A stretch of DNA of 64,000 nt from Dehalococcoidia bacterium (lineage in GTDB: Bacteria; Chloroflexota; Dehalococcoidia; Plut-88900). Both the position numbers and the translations under genes were made by a program. Positions 19,596 through 29,681 of the stretch are shown one piece after another. The stretch covers positions 1,152,001 to 1,216,000 of the forward strand of contig CBDBLV010000005.1 in assembly GCA_965207225.1 (NCBI GenBank), given 5' to 3'. The notes beneath the pieces were generated by a model. It did no database searches. It saw only the letters and a list, made by a program, of their open reading frames with translations, and was not told where the DNA came from. The first letter of the stretch is position 1. Every line of letters starts with the position of its first letter.

Positions 19596-20429
19596 ATGTT
19601 CGTTAGAAGAGTCGATGACCTTAACGGGACCGACAAAGAGATGCTGGTGGAAAAGGACGGGGGCAGGCTGCAGGGCAGGCGGCTACTGACCAAGGAAGAC
19701 GGTTGTGGCTTCTCCTTTTCCGATGTGCGTATATCCGCGGGGTTCAGTGCGGACCTGTGGTACAAGAACCACGTGGAGGGGAACCTGCTGGTGTCGGGGG
19801 AGATGGAAGTGACGGAGCATTCGAGCGGCAACAGCTGGCAGTTGAGCGCGGGAGACCTGTACGTGGTCGGGCCGAGGGACCGACATCGGGGGACTGCGAA
19901 GACCGATTGCCACATCATCAGCGTGTTCTCTCCCGCCACGGTGGGCAACGAGAGGCACGATGCCGACGGCTCCTACCCGCCAACCGGGGAGATTCCCCCG
20001 GCCTGGCAGGGGGAGAACGGCCGCACGATGTTTGTGAGGAGGCTGTCCGAGACCCGGGTGGTGGGGATCAGCCACGGTCGGACCAAGGCATACCGCTACC
20101 TGACCCACGACGACGAATGCGGTTTCACTATCTCGACGCCGCGGGCACCTGCAGGCCAGGGGATCGTGCTTTGGTACCAGAACCACGTGGAGGCGAACTA
20201 CGTCTTCGAGGGTGAGGGCACCCTGGAGGAGAAGAACACGGGCAAAAAGTGGGACGTTGGGCCGGGTACACTGTACGTGGTCGGGCCGAAGGACCCACAC
20301 CAGCTGACCTCGAACACGGGATTCTACGTGATGAGCGTATTCAACCCGCCGCTCTACGGCGGAGAGACGCACGACGACCAGGGCGCTTATCCGCCCACGG
20401 GGCCTATTCCGGAGGCCTGGCGCCCGTAG
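19596..20429 (+). CDS. Double-domain EctC-like cupin, copy 2
   Basis: Same two-domain layout; GGAGGAGG RBS before ATG 19596. Confidence 0.85.
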   Translation: MFVRRVDDLNGTDKEMLVEKDGGRLQGRRLLTKEDGCGFSFSDVRISAGFSADLWYKNHVEGNLLVSGEMEVTEHSSGNSWQLSAGDLYVVGPRDRHRGTAKTDCHIISVFSPATVGNERHDADGSYPPTGEIPPAWQGENGRTMFVRRLSETRVVGISHGRTKAYRYLTHDDECGFTISTPRAPAGQGIVLWYQNHVEANYVFEGEGTLEEKNTGKKWDVGPGTLYVVGPKDPHQLTSNTGFYVMSVFNPPLYGGETHDDQGAYPPTGPIPEAWRP

Positions 20430-20517
20430 CTCAACAGCACACAGTCGATGAGATAGCGTGGCTGCTCATACTTGGCTCTATCGGGTATGAGCGGCCTCTT
20501 CATTTGCAGGTGGAATC

Positions 20518-21462
20518 ATGTTCGTAAGGACGCACGAGGATATCGCAGGGACCGAGAACGAGATGGTGCGGAGGGACGGGGACAAGTCACTGCGGTCTTT
20601 GAGGATGTTGACCAAGGCCGACGGTTGCGGCTTTTCGCTGTCGGATGCGTACTTTTCGGCGGGCTTCTCCCTTGACCTGTGGTACAAGAACCACGTGGAG
20701 GCCAACTTCATATTGAGCGGGGTGGTGCAATTGGACGATGTGACCTCGGGCGGGAGCTGGAACCTGGAAGGAGGGTCTCTGTACATGGTCGGGCCGAGGG
20801 ACAAGCACCGGCTGACTGCGAAAAGCGACGTACACCTGGTCAGCGTGTTCTGTCCGGCCGTGCTGGGAAACGAAAGACACGACGCGGACGGGGCCTTCCC
20901 CCCGACGGGCGACATCCCCCCGGCATGGCAAGGCCCCGACGGCCATACCATGTACGTCAGGACGCGGGATGAGGCACGGGAGGTGGGCATCAAGCACGTA
21001 GGGACGGAGGCGCGGCGATACCTCACGCAGTCTGACGGGTGCGGGTTCACCATATCCACGGCACGGCCGCCAGCCAAGTCGGGGGCCGACTTGTGGTACC
21101 GGAACCACGTGGAGGCGAACTACATCATAGAGGGCGAGGGGTCGGTGGAAGACTTGAACACGGGAGAGAAGTGGGACCTGGCGGCGGGGAGCCTGTACGT
21201 GGTCGGGCCGAGGGACCGGCACCGGATGAGTGCGCATAGCGAGGTCTATCTGATGGCGGTGTTCAACCCTCCGCTGGTGGGGGATGAGACGCATGACGAG
21301 CAGGGAGGTTATCCGCCCACCGGGGTGGTGCCGGAGGGGTGGGGGGTTGTAAGGGCTATGCAGAAACCACCTGAACTGTTAAGGACGAAACACGGGGACG
21401 CTACCCTTTGTGGTCTCTATCACTCCCTGACGTCGATAATCTCAAATTCGGCGAGCGGATAA
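20518..21462 (+). CDS. Double-domain EctC-like cupin, copy 3
   Basis: Same layout; C-terminus runs about 37 aa beyond the paralogs' PEAWRP end. Confidence 0.85.
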   Translation: MFVRTHEDIAGTENEMVRRDGDKSLRSLRMLTKADGCGFSLSDAYFSAGFSLDLWYKNHVEANFILSGVVQLDDVTSGGSWNLEGGSLYMVGPRDKHRLTAKSDVHLVSVFCPAVLGNERHDADGAFPPTGDIPPAWQGPDGHTMYVRTRDEAREVGIKHVGTEARRYLTQSDGCGFTISTARPPAKSGADLWYRNHVEANYIIEGEGSVEDLNTGEKWDLAAGSLYVVGPRDRHRMSAHSEVYLMAVFNPPLVGDETHDEQGGYPPTGVVPEGWGVVRAMQKPPELLRTKHGDATLCGLYHSLTSIISNSASG

Positions 21463-22994
21463 ATTTCGGGGTTCTGTGTTCTCGTAACTCCGATACCTCC
21501 GGCAATCAACACCCGCCCGTCGGACAAGACGGTTGCAGAGTGGTTCACTCGCGGTTTGGACAATTCCGGGCCCAGAGACCAAAGACCTGTAGCGGGATCA
21601 AAGATTTCGGTAAATGAGACAAAAGTCTGCTCTTCTGTAGACGAGGTCTGGATGTCCGAAGATTCCCACGGAAGCTCCACTCTGGCTCCTCCAGCAGCGA
21701 GCACTCGTCCGTCGGGCAGTAGAGACAGGGTAGCCGAGGCTCGCGGGTGAACCATCAGTCCCGCGGGGACCCATAGGTCGGTGCTGGGATCAAATACTTT
21801 AGCTCCAAAAAACCGGGCCTTGAAATCCGCCTCGGATATGCGGGCCCCGTCCGGGAGTTGGACGGATAGTATTTCGGTATCGTCATATTCGATGACTAGG
21901 TGAGTACCGTCAGGGAGCCGAAGAGTGTCGACTCCAGGGGAGCGTTCTACAGGAGTCGCATTATCGATTGCAATGTAATCGCCGGTTACCAACAACCTCT
22001 CATCGGCGAGTTCAACACCGTCTAAGTACACAAAGTAAGGATCAATACTTTCCAATGCGCTCCATTGGTCAGAGTCTGGATCGTAAACCTCTGCATGAAG
22101 AACAGTCGAGTCATAATCCAAAAGCACCGTTCCGATGGCCAGAACCCGACCATCTTCCAGTAAGAAAAGGTTCTGTTCTTCCATCGTCTCCTGTGTAGAT
22201 GCCGCTCGTGTCCAAGTTCCGGTTGAAGGATCGAAAATCTCTGAGGAATTCAGTTTATCGGGATTGGAGAAATATGCGATGTCGTCTGGGGTTACAGCCA
22301 AGCCAGCAGTCATGAAGACGCGTCCATCCTGAAGAAGAAGCAGATTAGGGAGAGCTCGGAGGGCAGAAGGGGGTGGCGCTGCAACCCAGGAATCCGAGTT
22401 TGCGTCGAACAGAGCGGCCATAGGAACAAACTCGCCGTCTTCATGAACTCTTACACCGACCATGAGAACTCTATTATCGGCTAACTCCACCAAGGAATAG
22501 AACGCTCCTGGGCCTTCGATAGGCTCCAATACAGTCCATTCTTCAGTGGAAGGGTCATAAATCTGGATGGGTCCAACCACAGCGTGAATGATCACGTTAT
22601 TGTTGGCTACCAGGCCGGTAATGCCGCCAGCTACTAGGACTCGGCCGTCTTCCAACGCAATCCCAGAATGTTGGAAGACTGGGGCGAACATGTGCGGGCC
22701 TGTAGTTTCCAGCCCCTGAATAGAGAGTGGCGTTGGGGCGGGGCGGGTGCCAGGTACTCCAGTAATGGTCGCGGTAGGGGCAGGTACGCTTGAGGCTGTA
22801 GGAGCAGGCGTTGGGGCACCCAGCAATTCGGGGCTGAGAGATGGGGAAACCGAGGTTGGGGAAGACGGCAATAGCGGGCTAGGGGACGGGGAAACAGGTG
22901 TAGGGGAAGGACCGAAAGACGATGGGTCTTCTATACAGCCTTGGGCTAGAGCCAAGGATAGCAGAAGGCAAAGGACCAGAAACCAGAGTTTCAT
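21420..22994 (-). CDS. Kelch-repeat (beta-propeller) lipoprotein
   Basis: Signal peptide with lipobox-like LAQGC, Pro/Ser/Thr linker, repeated L.DGRVL..GG and E.FDP.T..W motifs. Confidence 0.82.
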   Translation of the reverse strand: MKLWFLVLCLLLSLALAQGCIEDPSSFGPSPTPVSPSPSPLLPSSPTSVSPSLSPELLGAPTPAPTASSVPAPTATITGVPGTRPAPTPLSIQGLETTGPHMFAPVFQHSGIALEDGRVLVAGGITGLVANNNVIIHAVVGPIQIYDPSTEEWTVLEPIEGPGAFYSLVELADNRVLMVGVRVHEDGEFVPMAALFDANSDSWVAAPPPSALRALPNLLLLQDGRVFMTAGLAVTPDDIAYFSNPDKLNSSEIFDPSTGTWTRAASTQETMEEQNLFLLEDGRVLAIGTVLLDYDSTVLHAEVYDPDSDQWSALESIDPYFVYLDGVELADERLLVTGDYIAIDNATPVERSPGVDTLRLPDGTHLVIEYDDTEILSVQLPDGARISEADFKARFFGAKVFDPSTDLWVPAGLMVHPRASATLSLLPDGRVLAAGGARVELPWESSDIQTSSTEEQTFVSFTEIFDPATGLWSLGPELSKPRVNHSATVLSDGRVLIAGGIGVTRTQNPEIYPLAEFEIIDVRE

Positions 22995-23045
22995 ATTGAA
23001 GAGGCCGTCAACAAACGGTTTTGACCTATCCGAGGTCTGGACACC

Positions 23046-24179
23046 CTAGTTCAGCCCGTACAGCGTCGCTGCATTCTCGCCAACTATCTTGACGGTTTCG
23101 TGCTGGGGGATGTCGTGGAAGTCCTTGGCGATCTGTTGCCGGGAGAAGGGGAATACGCCCTCGGGGTGGGGGTAGTCGGAGCCCCACATCAGCCTGTCCA
23201 CGTCGAGGAGCTCGCGGGTTAGAAGGCCGGCTCGGTCATCTTCGAACGTGGCCCAGAACTGTCGGAAGAAGTAGCTGCTGGGCGGCTCTTCCAGCTTGGG
23301 CTCCATCCAGTGGCGGTGATCCTCCCACCAGTGGTCGTTGAGGCGCAGGACGCTCGGGATCCAGCCGATACCGCCTTCGGCCATAACGAATTTCAGGCCG
23401 GGGAAGGCCTGGGGGACGCCGGAAAGAATGAGGTCGGTGAGGCCACGGGCCACGGCGCATATCTTCTGCTCAATAACTGCGACGCCGACGCCCATACTGC
23501 GGTACTTGTCGGCGCTAACGGACTTTGTGCTTGAACCGACGTGAAACCCCAAGGGCAGGCCGACATCCTGTAGGGCACCCCAGAGCCGGTCGCCACCTTC
23601 CATGTTGACGTATCCACCTTCAATTTCCAGGGGAAGCATTACGGATTTCAGCCCCAACCTAGCGCACCTCTCAACCTCGGCGATCTTGCTTTCGGTGGAG
23701 CCGCGCATGGGCAGGATGCCGACGCCCATGAGGCGGTCGGGTGAGGAGGCGCTGAACTCGGCGATCCAGTCGTTGTAGACGCGGACGATTTCGATGTGGA
23801 GGTCGGCGTCGGAGGCGTTGTAACACCAGAGACCGAAGACGCCGGGGTACATGATCTCGGCGCGGATGCCGTCCAGGTCCTGGTCCTTGAGGCGCTCGAC
23901 GGGGTCCCAGGCGCCGGGTCGGGTGTCCTCATAGCGGAGGCCGGCCATGTGGATCTCTTTGCCCTCGGCCTTGTCGGTGGCAGCGGTGCCCTCGCCTGAG
24001 AGTCCGATGGCGAACTCGCCGAAACCCTCCATCACGTAGAAGTCGCCTGAGTCCCGGGACTCGATGTGGGGGGCCTTGGCGGCCATCTTGCTGTCCATTC
24101 GAGACGTGAACAGGTCCCTGGGCTCCACAATGTGTCCGTCAGCGGAAACATAGCCTCCGGAAAGGGTGGTCGTTGACAT
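23046..24179 (-). CDS. Amidohydrolase_2 family protein
   Basis: SADGHIVEP, FHVG, AEGGIGW, LMWGSDYPHPEG. Confidence 0.9.
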   Translation of the reverse strand: MSTTTLSGGYVSADGHIVEPRDLFTSRMDSKMAAKAPHIESRDSGDFYVMEGFGEFAIGLSGEGTAATDKAEGKEIHMAGLRYEDTRPGAWDPVERLKDQDLDGIRAEIMYPGVFGLWCYNASDADLHIEIVRVYNDWIAEFSASSPDRLMGVGILPMRGSTESKIAEVERCARLGLKSVMLPLEIEGGYVNMEGGDRLWGALQDVGLPLGFHVGSSTKSVSADKYRSMGVGVAVIEQKICAVARGLTDLILSGVPQAFPGLKFVMAEGGIGWIPSVLRLNDHWWEDHRHWMEPKLEEPPSSYFFRQFWATFEDDRAGLLTRELLDVDRLMWGSDYPHPEGVFPFSRQQIAKDFHDIPQHETVKIVGENAATLYGLN

Positions 24180-24290
24180 GGCATCCCTCCTCGCTCCGTC
24201 CGACCAACAAGGGGCTGAGACTGTCGCCCGTGTGCTAACATTCCCCTCGGAATCCCGAAAGGGAAATAGGCGGCATCGGAGTCATTATAC

Positions 24291-25247
24291 ATGGGCAAAT
24301 CTGAAGACCGGCTGATGCCCGAGGCCTGGCAGGACGGGCCCCGGTACGGCAGCCCCAGCACCTTTATGCAAGTACCCGGCACGCGGGACCTGTCCAGGGC
24401 CGACGTGGCGGTGGTCGGGCTACCGCTGGACCTGGGAACGATAATTCGGTCGGGGGCGAGGTTCGGGCCGAGAGGGATACGGACGGCGTCGATGCACGTC
24501 GGGCTGCACGGTTTGGACGAAGCGGAACTTCGGGAGCCTTTCAAGAGCCTCCGGATTGTCGATTACGGCGATATCGAGCTGACCTACGGGTACATAGAGG
24601 AGGCGGTGAATAGGATAGAAAACGCGGTTTCGGAGATAATCTCGCATGACGTGTTCCCGGTGTGTCTCGGGGGCGACCATACGGTGTCGCTGCCCATACT
24701 GCGGGCGCTGTACAAGAAGCACGGGAAGATATCGCTGGTGCACTTCGACGCCCACCCCGACTTCTGGGAGCCGTCCAAGGACATGCCCCTCCATCATGGC
24801 ACCATGTTCCGGATCGCCTCGGACGAAGGGATCATGGATCCAAAGACGTCGGTGCAGGTGGGGATAAGGGGTCGGCCGGCCATGGGGATATTGGACAACG
24901 TAAGAGAGGCGGGCATCACGGTGATCACCGGCGAGGAGTTCTGGCACACCGGGGTTGATGCGACCATCGAGAAGATTAAGGAAGCCACGAAGAGTCGGCC
25001 GGTGCACATTTCGTACGACATCGACAGCGTTGACCCGGGTTTTGCGCCGGGAACCGGTACGCCGGAGGTTGCGGGACTGACGAGTCGGGAGGCGATGGCG
25101 TTGGTGAAGGGGCTGAAGGGAATCGGGACGGTGGGGTTCGATATTGTTGAGGTTGCCCCAGCCTACGACACGTCGGAGATAACCGCTCTGCTGGCGGCAA
25201 ACCTAACATTGCAGTTCATGCTGACCCTGGTCCCGGACAAAGAGTAG
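24291..25247 (+). CDS. speB: Agmatinase/ureohydrolase family amidinohydrolase
   Basis: GARFGP, GGDHT, DAHPD, SYDIDSVDPGFAPGTGTP, VEVAP; exact substrate uncertain. Confidence 0.85.
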   Translation: MGKSEDRLMPEAWQDGPRYGSPSTFMQVPGTRDLSRADVAVVGLPLDLGTIIRSGARFGPRGIRTASMHVGLHGLDEAELREPFKSLRIVDYGDIELTYGYIEEAVNRIENAVSEIISHDVFPVCLGGDHTVSLPILRALYKKHGKISLVHFDAHPDFWEPSKDMPLHHGTMFRIASDEGIMDPKTSVQVGIRGRPAMGILDNVREAGITVITGEEFWHTGVDATIEKIKEATKSRPVHISYDIDSVDPGFAPGTGTPEVAGLTSREAMALVKGLKGIGTVGFDIVEVAPAYDTSEITALLAANLTLQFMLTLVPDKE

Positions 25248-25265
25248 CCCGAGGGCCGGGGCAGG

Positions 25266-25637
25266 ATGGCTTCAAAGAGGACTTTTGAAGACTGGCTGGA
25301 GGGGGTGGAGCCCAGGCTGAGGCCAATGGCCCTGGGGCTGAGGCGGATGTTCCTGGATGCTGAGCCGGGGTTGGGGGAGTCGATCAAGTGGGGCAACCCC
25401 TGCTTTGAGAAGAAGCTGAGGGTGTTCTACCTGGCTTCGCAGGGGGACAGGTATATTACGCTGGGTTTGTGGCAAGGGGCACTTCTTCCGAACTCGGAGG
25501 GGCTGATCGAGGGGACGGGGAAGAGGATGAGGCACGTCAAGATCAGGACTGCAGAGGAGTTGGAGAACCCGGAGGTGGGGCGGATAATCCGGGAGGCGGT
25601 GGAAATAGACGGGACGGAGGGTACGAGTAACCGGTAG
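25266..25637 (+). CDS. DUF1801 (YdhG-like) protein
   Basis: ESIKWGNPCF, GALL...LIEGTGKRMRHVKI. Confidence 0.85.
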   Translation: MASKRTFEDWLEGVEPRLRPMALGLRRMFLDAEPGLGESIKWGNPCFEKKLRVFYLASQGDRYITLGLWQGALLPNSEGLIEGTGKRMRHVKIRTAEELENPEVGRIIREAVEIDGTEGTSNR

Positions 25638-25670
25638 GGTGCGCCCCCACCCTGTTCGGCTCTTGACCCC

Positions 25671-25727
25671 CCCTTCGAGAGCCTCAGGACATGTTCGACT
25701 CTGCTCAGGGCGAGGGGAACCCCCACC
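25671..25727. repeat. REP-like palindromic repeat, family C (two nested units)
   Basis: cccttcgagagcctcagg + ttcgactctgctcagggcgag; relatives near 37784, 48236, 48347, 53151, 55741, 58638, 59919. Confidence 0.7.
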
Positions 25728-25898
25728 CCAAGTTCACGCCTCAGGCGCATCTTCGACCTCGCTGGACATCGAAATGGCATAGGGAGAGGCAACGTTTATC
25801 TTGTTTATAGTTGGGGGGAGAGACTATACTCGCGGCGGCCTTGGGGAGAGGTACCAGGGTCTTTCTGATTATGAATTCACCCGTCTCGGGAGGTAGCA

Positions 25899-27149
25899 AT
25901 GGTTGACCATGCCGTCGAGGAGCGCGTCCTGCGCCAGATCAAGACCGAGCAGACCGTCAAGCTGGCCAGCGACCTAATCTCCATACCCAGCTTCAAGACC
26001 GAGGAGCAGAAGGTCGCACGGTTCCTGGCTCGATTCTTCCAGCGCCGCGGCTACGAGGTTGATCTACAAGAAGTCGAGCCGGGCCGGTACCAGACGATCG
26101 CGACGCTGAAGGGGTCGGGTGGGGGTAAGAGCCTGATGCTGAACGGGCACATAGACATCGACCCCTTGGCCATGGGCTGGGTGCGGGAGCCGTTCACGCC
26201 CAGCTGGGAAGGCGACCGGCTGTACGGGGCGGGCGTCAACAACATGAAGGGCGGCGTAACCGCAATCATCACTGCCGCCGAAGCGATTCGGAAGGCCAAG
26301 GCCCCGATGAAGGGCGACCTTGTCGTGGCGTGCGTGGTTGGCGAGCTACAGGGGGGTGTCGGGACAGTCTACGCGTTGAAAAACGGTATGAGGACGGATG
26401 GGGCGTACGTGGCTGAACCCACGGGCGACGGGGACAACATTATGACGACCCATGCAGGCGTGGTTGAACTGGCGATCAGCACGATTGGGCTGTCACAGCA
26501 CGTGAGTCGGTCTCACCTGGCCGTGGATGCGCTGGAGATGATGACAAAGGCTATCCCAGCAATCAAGAACGTGGACTTCACATACGAACACAGGCCCGAC
26601 CTGCCAGACCTGCCGCGAATCATTTGCGGGACGATTATCGGGGGTCGGGGGAGGAACCACGACCTGAAGGGGCCAAATTTCACCTGCGACTACTGTACGG
26701 TGATAGTCGATGCCCGGATAGTCCCCGGGCAGTCCCACGTCACGGTGAAGGCCGACCTGGACAGGGTGATGAGCAAATTCAAGGAAGAGGACCCGAACTT
26801 CGAATACGAGATCGTTACGCCCGTGCCACCCGAGTACAAGGTAATGACCGAGTTCATGAACCCGCTGGACGTTCCGAAGGACAACGTGATAGTGCAGAAC
26901 CTGGAGAAGGCATACACGAGGGTGTCGGGGCGGGCGCCGGATAAGGTCGGGGCTATTCTGACGCAGTCATACGCAGGCAACGACAGCTGCCACATCTGGG
27001 AGGCGGGGATACCGGTGTGTCTGATGGGGGCGGAGAACGGTCGGGACCAGAAGGGCGAACCCGACTCCTACGTCATAGTGCCGAGCATGGTGCAGTTGGC
27101 GAAGACGTACGCGATGGCGGCGCTGGACTGGTGCAACCAGGAGAAGTAG
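25899..27149 (+). CDS. M20 (ArgE/DapE-like) deacylase, copy 1
   Basis: LMLNGHID, LYGAGVNNMKGG, VVGELQGG, VAEP. Confidence 0.88.
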   Translation: MVDHAVEERVLRQIKTEQTVKLASDLISIPSFKTEEQKVARFLARFFQRRGYEVDLQEVEPGRYQTIATLKGSGGGKSLMLNGHIDIDPLAMGWVREPFTPSWEGDRLYGAGVNNMKGGVTAIITAAEAIRKAKAPMKGDLVVACVVGELQGGVGTVYALKNGMRTDGAYVAEPTGDGDNIMTTHAGVVELAISTIGLSQHVSRSHLAVDALEMMTKAIPAIKNVDFTYEHRPDLPDLPRIICGTIIGGRGRNHDLKGPNFTCDYCTVIVDARIVPGQSHVTVKADLDRVMSKFKEEDPNFEYEIVTPVPPEYKVMTEFMNPLDVPKDNVIVQNLEKAYTRVSGRAPDKVGAILTQSYAGNDSCHIWEAGIPVCLMGAENGRDQKGEPDSYVIVPSMVQLAKTYAMAALDWCNQEK

Positions 27150-27174
27150 GACGAGGTACAGAAGAGGCAATTCG

Positions 27175-28419
27175 ATGGATGCAAGCGCAAAGCAGAAAGT
27201 CCTCTCCAAGATCAGGGACCGGGAGGTCGTAGACCTTTGCAGCAACCTGCTGCGGATCCCGAGCTTCAAGACGGAGGAGCAGAAGGTTGCCAGGTACCTG
27301 GCCGGCTACTTCCGGCGCCGGGGGTACGAGGTTGATCTGCAGGAGGTGGAGCCGGGTCGGTACCAGACGATAGCGACGCTTAAGGGGTCGGGCGGGGGGA
27401 AGAGCTTGATGCTGAACGGTCACATAGACATCGACCCCCTGGCCATGGGCTGGGCCCGAGACCCCTGGAGTCCAAGCTGGGAGGGCGACCGGCTCTACGG
27501 GGGCGGCGCTTTCAACATGAAGGGCGGCGTGGCGTCGATGATATCCGCGGCGGAGGCGATACGGAAGTCGGGGGTGGGGTTGAAGGGGGACATCGTGGTG
27601 GCGTGCGTTGTGGGTGAGCTGCAGGGAGGAGTGGGGACGGTGCATGCCTTGGAGAGCGGAGTATCGGCGGACATGGCCATTGTTGCGGAGCCTTTCGGGT
27701 CACGGACCATCATGACCACCCACGCAGGCGTTATAGGGATGGCGATAAACACCCTGGGCTACTCCACGCACATCACGGTGCGGGAGCAGGGAGTCGACGC
27801 CATAGCGAAGATGATGAAGGTGATCGATGCGGTGGACAAGGTCGAACTCAGGCACACGCCCCACCCCGAGCTGCCGGGTCTGCCGCGTATCAACTGCGGG
27901 GCAATCATAGGGGGTCGGGGGAGGGACCAGGACCTAAAGGGGCCCAACTATGTAAGCGATTTCTGCACCTCCATCTGGGACGTGCGGATTGTTCCGGGCC
28001 AGACCGCGGAGACCGTGGAAGAGGATGTTCGTAAAGTTCTCGAGGCTCTTGGCGCCGAGGACCCGGACTTAAGGTGGGAAGTAGAGATTCCACCGCCCGC
28101 CAAGTACAAGGGTGTGGCGGTCACCATGGACCCTGTGGACATCCCGAGGGACGAGTATATAGTCGGGGCGGTGGCGCGGGCGATGGAAGAGCACACAGGT
28201 TCGCCACCGGAGAATATCGGGGCAATTCTTCCCCGTTCATATGCGGGGAACGATACCTGCCACCTCTGGAAAGCGGGCATCCCGTGCGTGCTCAACGGCC
28301 CCGGGGGCGACCGAACCTTCGATGACGTGCCGGACACCTTTGTCTACGTAAGCGAGATGGTCGAGTGTGCGAAGACTCACGCCCTGACCGCACTTGAAGT
28401 CTGCAACCTGTCCGCCTAG
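27175..28419 (+). CDS. M20 (ArgE/DapE-like) deacylase, copy 2
   Basis: Clear paralog of copy 1 with the same motifs. Confidence 0.88.
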   Translation: MDASAKQKVLSKIRDREVVDLCSNLLRIPSFKTEEQKVARYLAGYFRRRGYEVDLQEVEPGRYQTIATLKGSGGGKSLMLNGHIDIDPLAMGWARDPWSPSWEGDRLYGGGAFNMKGGVASMISAAEAIRKSGVGLKGDIVVACVVGELQGGVGTVHALESGVSADMAIVAEPFGSRTIMTTHAGVIGMAINTLGYSTHITVREQGVDAIAKMMKVIDAVDKVELRHTPHPELPGLPRINCGAIIGGRGRDQDLKGPNYVSDFCTSIWDVRIVPGQTAETVEEDVRKVLEALGAEDPDLRWEVEIPPPAKYKGVAVTMDPVDIPRDEYIVGAVARAMEEHTGSPPENIGAILPRSYAGNDTCHLWKAGIPCVLNGPGGDRTFDDVPDTFVYVSEMVECAKTHALTALEVCNLSA

Positions 28420-28433
28420 CCGGGAGACTGACA

Positions 28434-29681
28434 ATGGCTACCCAAACACTAGAAAGAGTAACAAACCGGGTGAAGGAGGACTGGCTCGTCTCCTTCGCGA
28501 GGAAGCTGATCGACATACCCAGCTTCAAGACCGAGGAGTCGCAGATCGCCTTGTTTCTCGCATCGAATTTCCGGCGCTGGGGATACGATGTTGACCTGCA
28601 GGAGGTCGATCCCGGGCGATACCAGGTGATAGCGACGCTGAAGGGCTCGGGGGGCGGGAAGACACTGATGCTGAACGGCCATATAGACCAGGACCCGCTA
28701 TCCATGGGCTGGAAACGAGACCCGTGGACCTCCAGCGTAGAAGGCGACCGGCTGTACGGGGCGGGAATCTACAACATGAAGGGCGGGGTAGCGTCGATAG
28801 TTGCGGCGGCGGAGGCGGTGCGTCGGTCAAAGGCGGCTCACAAGGGCGATATCCAGGTTGCCTGTGTGGTGGGAGAGCTGCAGGGGGGAGTCGGGACGGA
28901 GTATGCGCTGGAGCACGGGTACCGGCCCGACATGGCCATAGTCGCAGAGCCCAACGATGCGGATACCGTCCTCACCGTACACGCCGGGTGGCTGGAAATC
29001 GCAATTCACGTCCTGGGCAGGTCGCGGCACATAAGCCAGAAGGAGACGGGGGTCAACGCCATCCAGAAGATGTCAAAGGCCATTGAGGCCATCAACGGGC
29101 TTGAACTCACTCACACCCACTTCCCAGCGCTTCCCTCTCTCCCCCGGCTGCACGTTGGCGCCATAATCGGAGGGCAGGGCAGGAACCACGTTATCAACGG
29201 GCCCAACTTCGTCCCCGACTTCTGCACGGCGTTAGTGGATGGCCGGATGGTGCCGGGGCAGAGCTCAGAGGTGGTACTCGAGGATGTGCGGCGGGCTTTG
29301 GACGGGATCAAGGAGTCGGACCCCGACTTCGAATACGAACTGGAGATGCCACCCGATCCCGAGTACCGCGTCCTCCGCACCATCATGGAGCCGATGAATA
29401 TGTCCGCCGACGAGGAGATAGTGAAAGCGGTGGGTCGGGGGTACAAGGCGGTGACGGGTGGAGAGCTGGCGCACGTCGGCAGCAAGCTGCCGAACTCCTA
29501 CTCGGGGAACGACACTACGCACCTGTGGCAGGCCGGGATCCCCTGCGTCCTATACGGCCCCGGGGGCAACTGGGACGCTGCCGTAGACGAACCCGACCAC
29601 TACATCCGCATCAGCGATATGGTGACCGCAGCCAGGGTAATGGCTGCGACGGCGCTGGACGTTTGCAATCAGGAGGCCTGA
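28434..29681 (+). CDS. M20 (ArgE/DapE-like) deacylase, copy 3
   Basis: Clear paralog with the same motifs. Confidence 0.88.
   Translation: MATQTLERVTNRVKEDWLVSFARKLIDIPSFKTEESQIALFLASNFRRWGYDVDLQEVDPGRYQVIATLKGSGGGKTLMLNGHIDQDPLSMGWKRDPWTSSVEGDRLYGAGIYNMKGGVASIVAAAEAVRRSKAAHKGDIQVACVVGELQGGVGTEYALEHGYRPDMAIVAEPNDADTVLTVHAGWLEIAIHVLGRSRHISQKETGVNAIQKMSKAIEAINGLELTHTHFPALPSLPRLHVGAIIGGQGRNHVINGPNFVPDFCTALVDGRMVPGQSSEVVLEDVRRALDGIKESDPDFEYELEMPPDPEYRVLRTIMEPMNMSADEEIVKAVGRGYKAVTGGELAHVGSKLPNSYSGNDTTHLWQAGIPCVLYGPGGNWDAAVDEPDHYIRISDMVTAARVMAATALDVCNQEA

Noticed and set aside
18740-21462. Canonical ectABC biosynthesis cluster
   Set aside because: No EctA acetyltransferase, EctB aminotransferase or aspartokinase nearby
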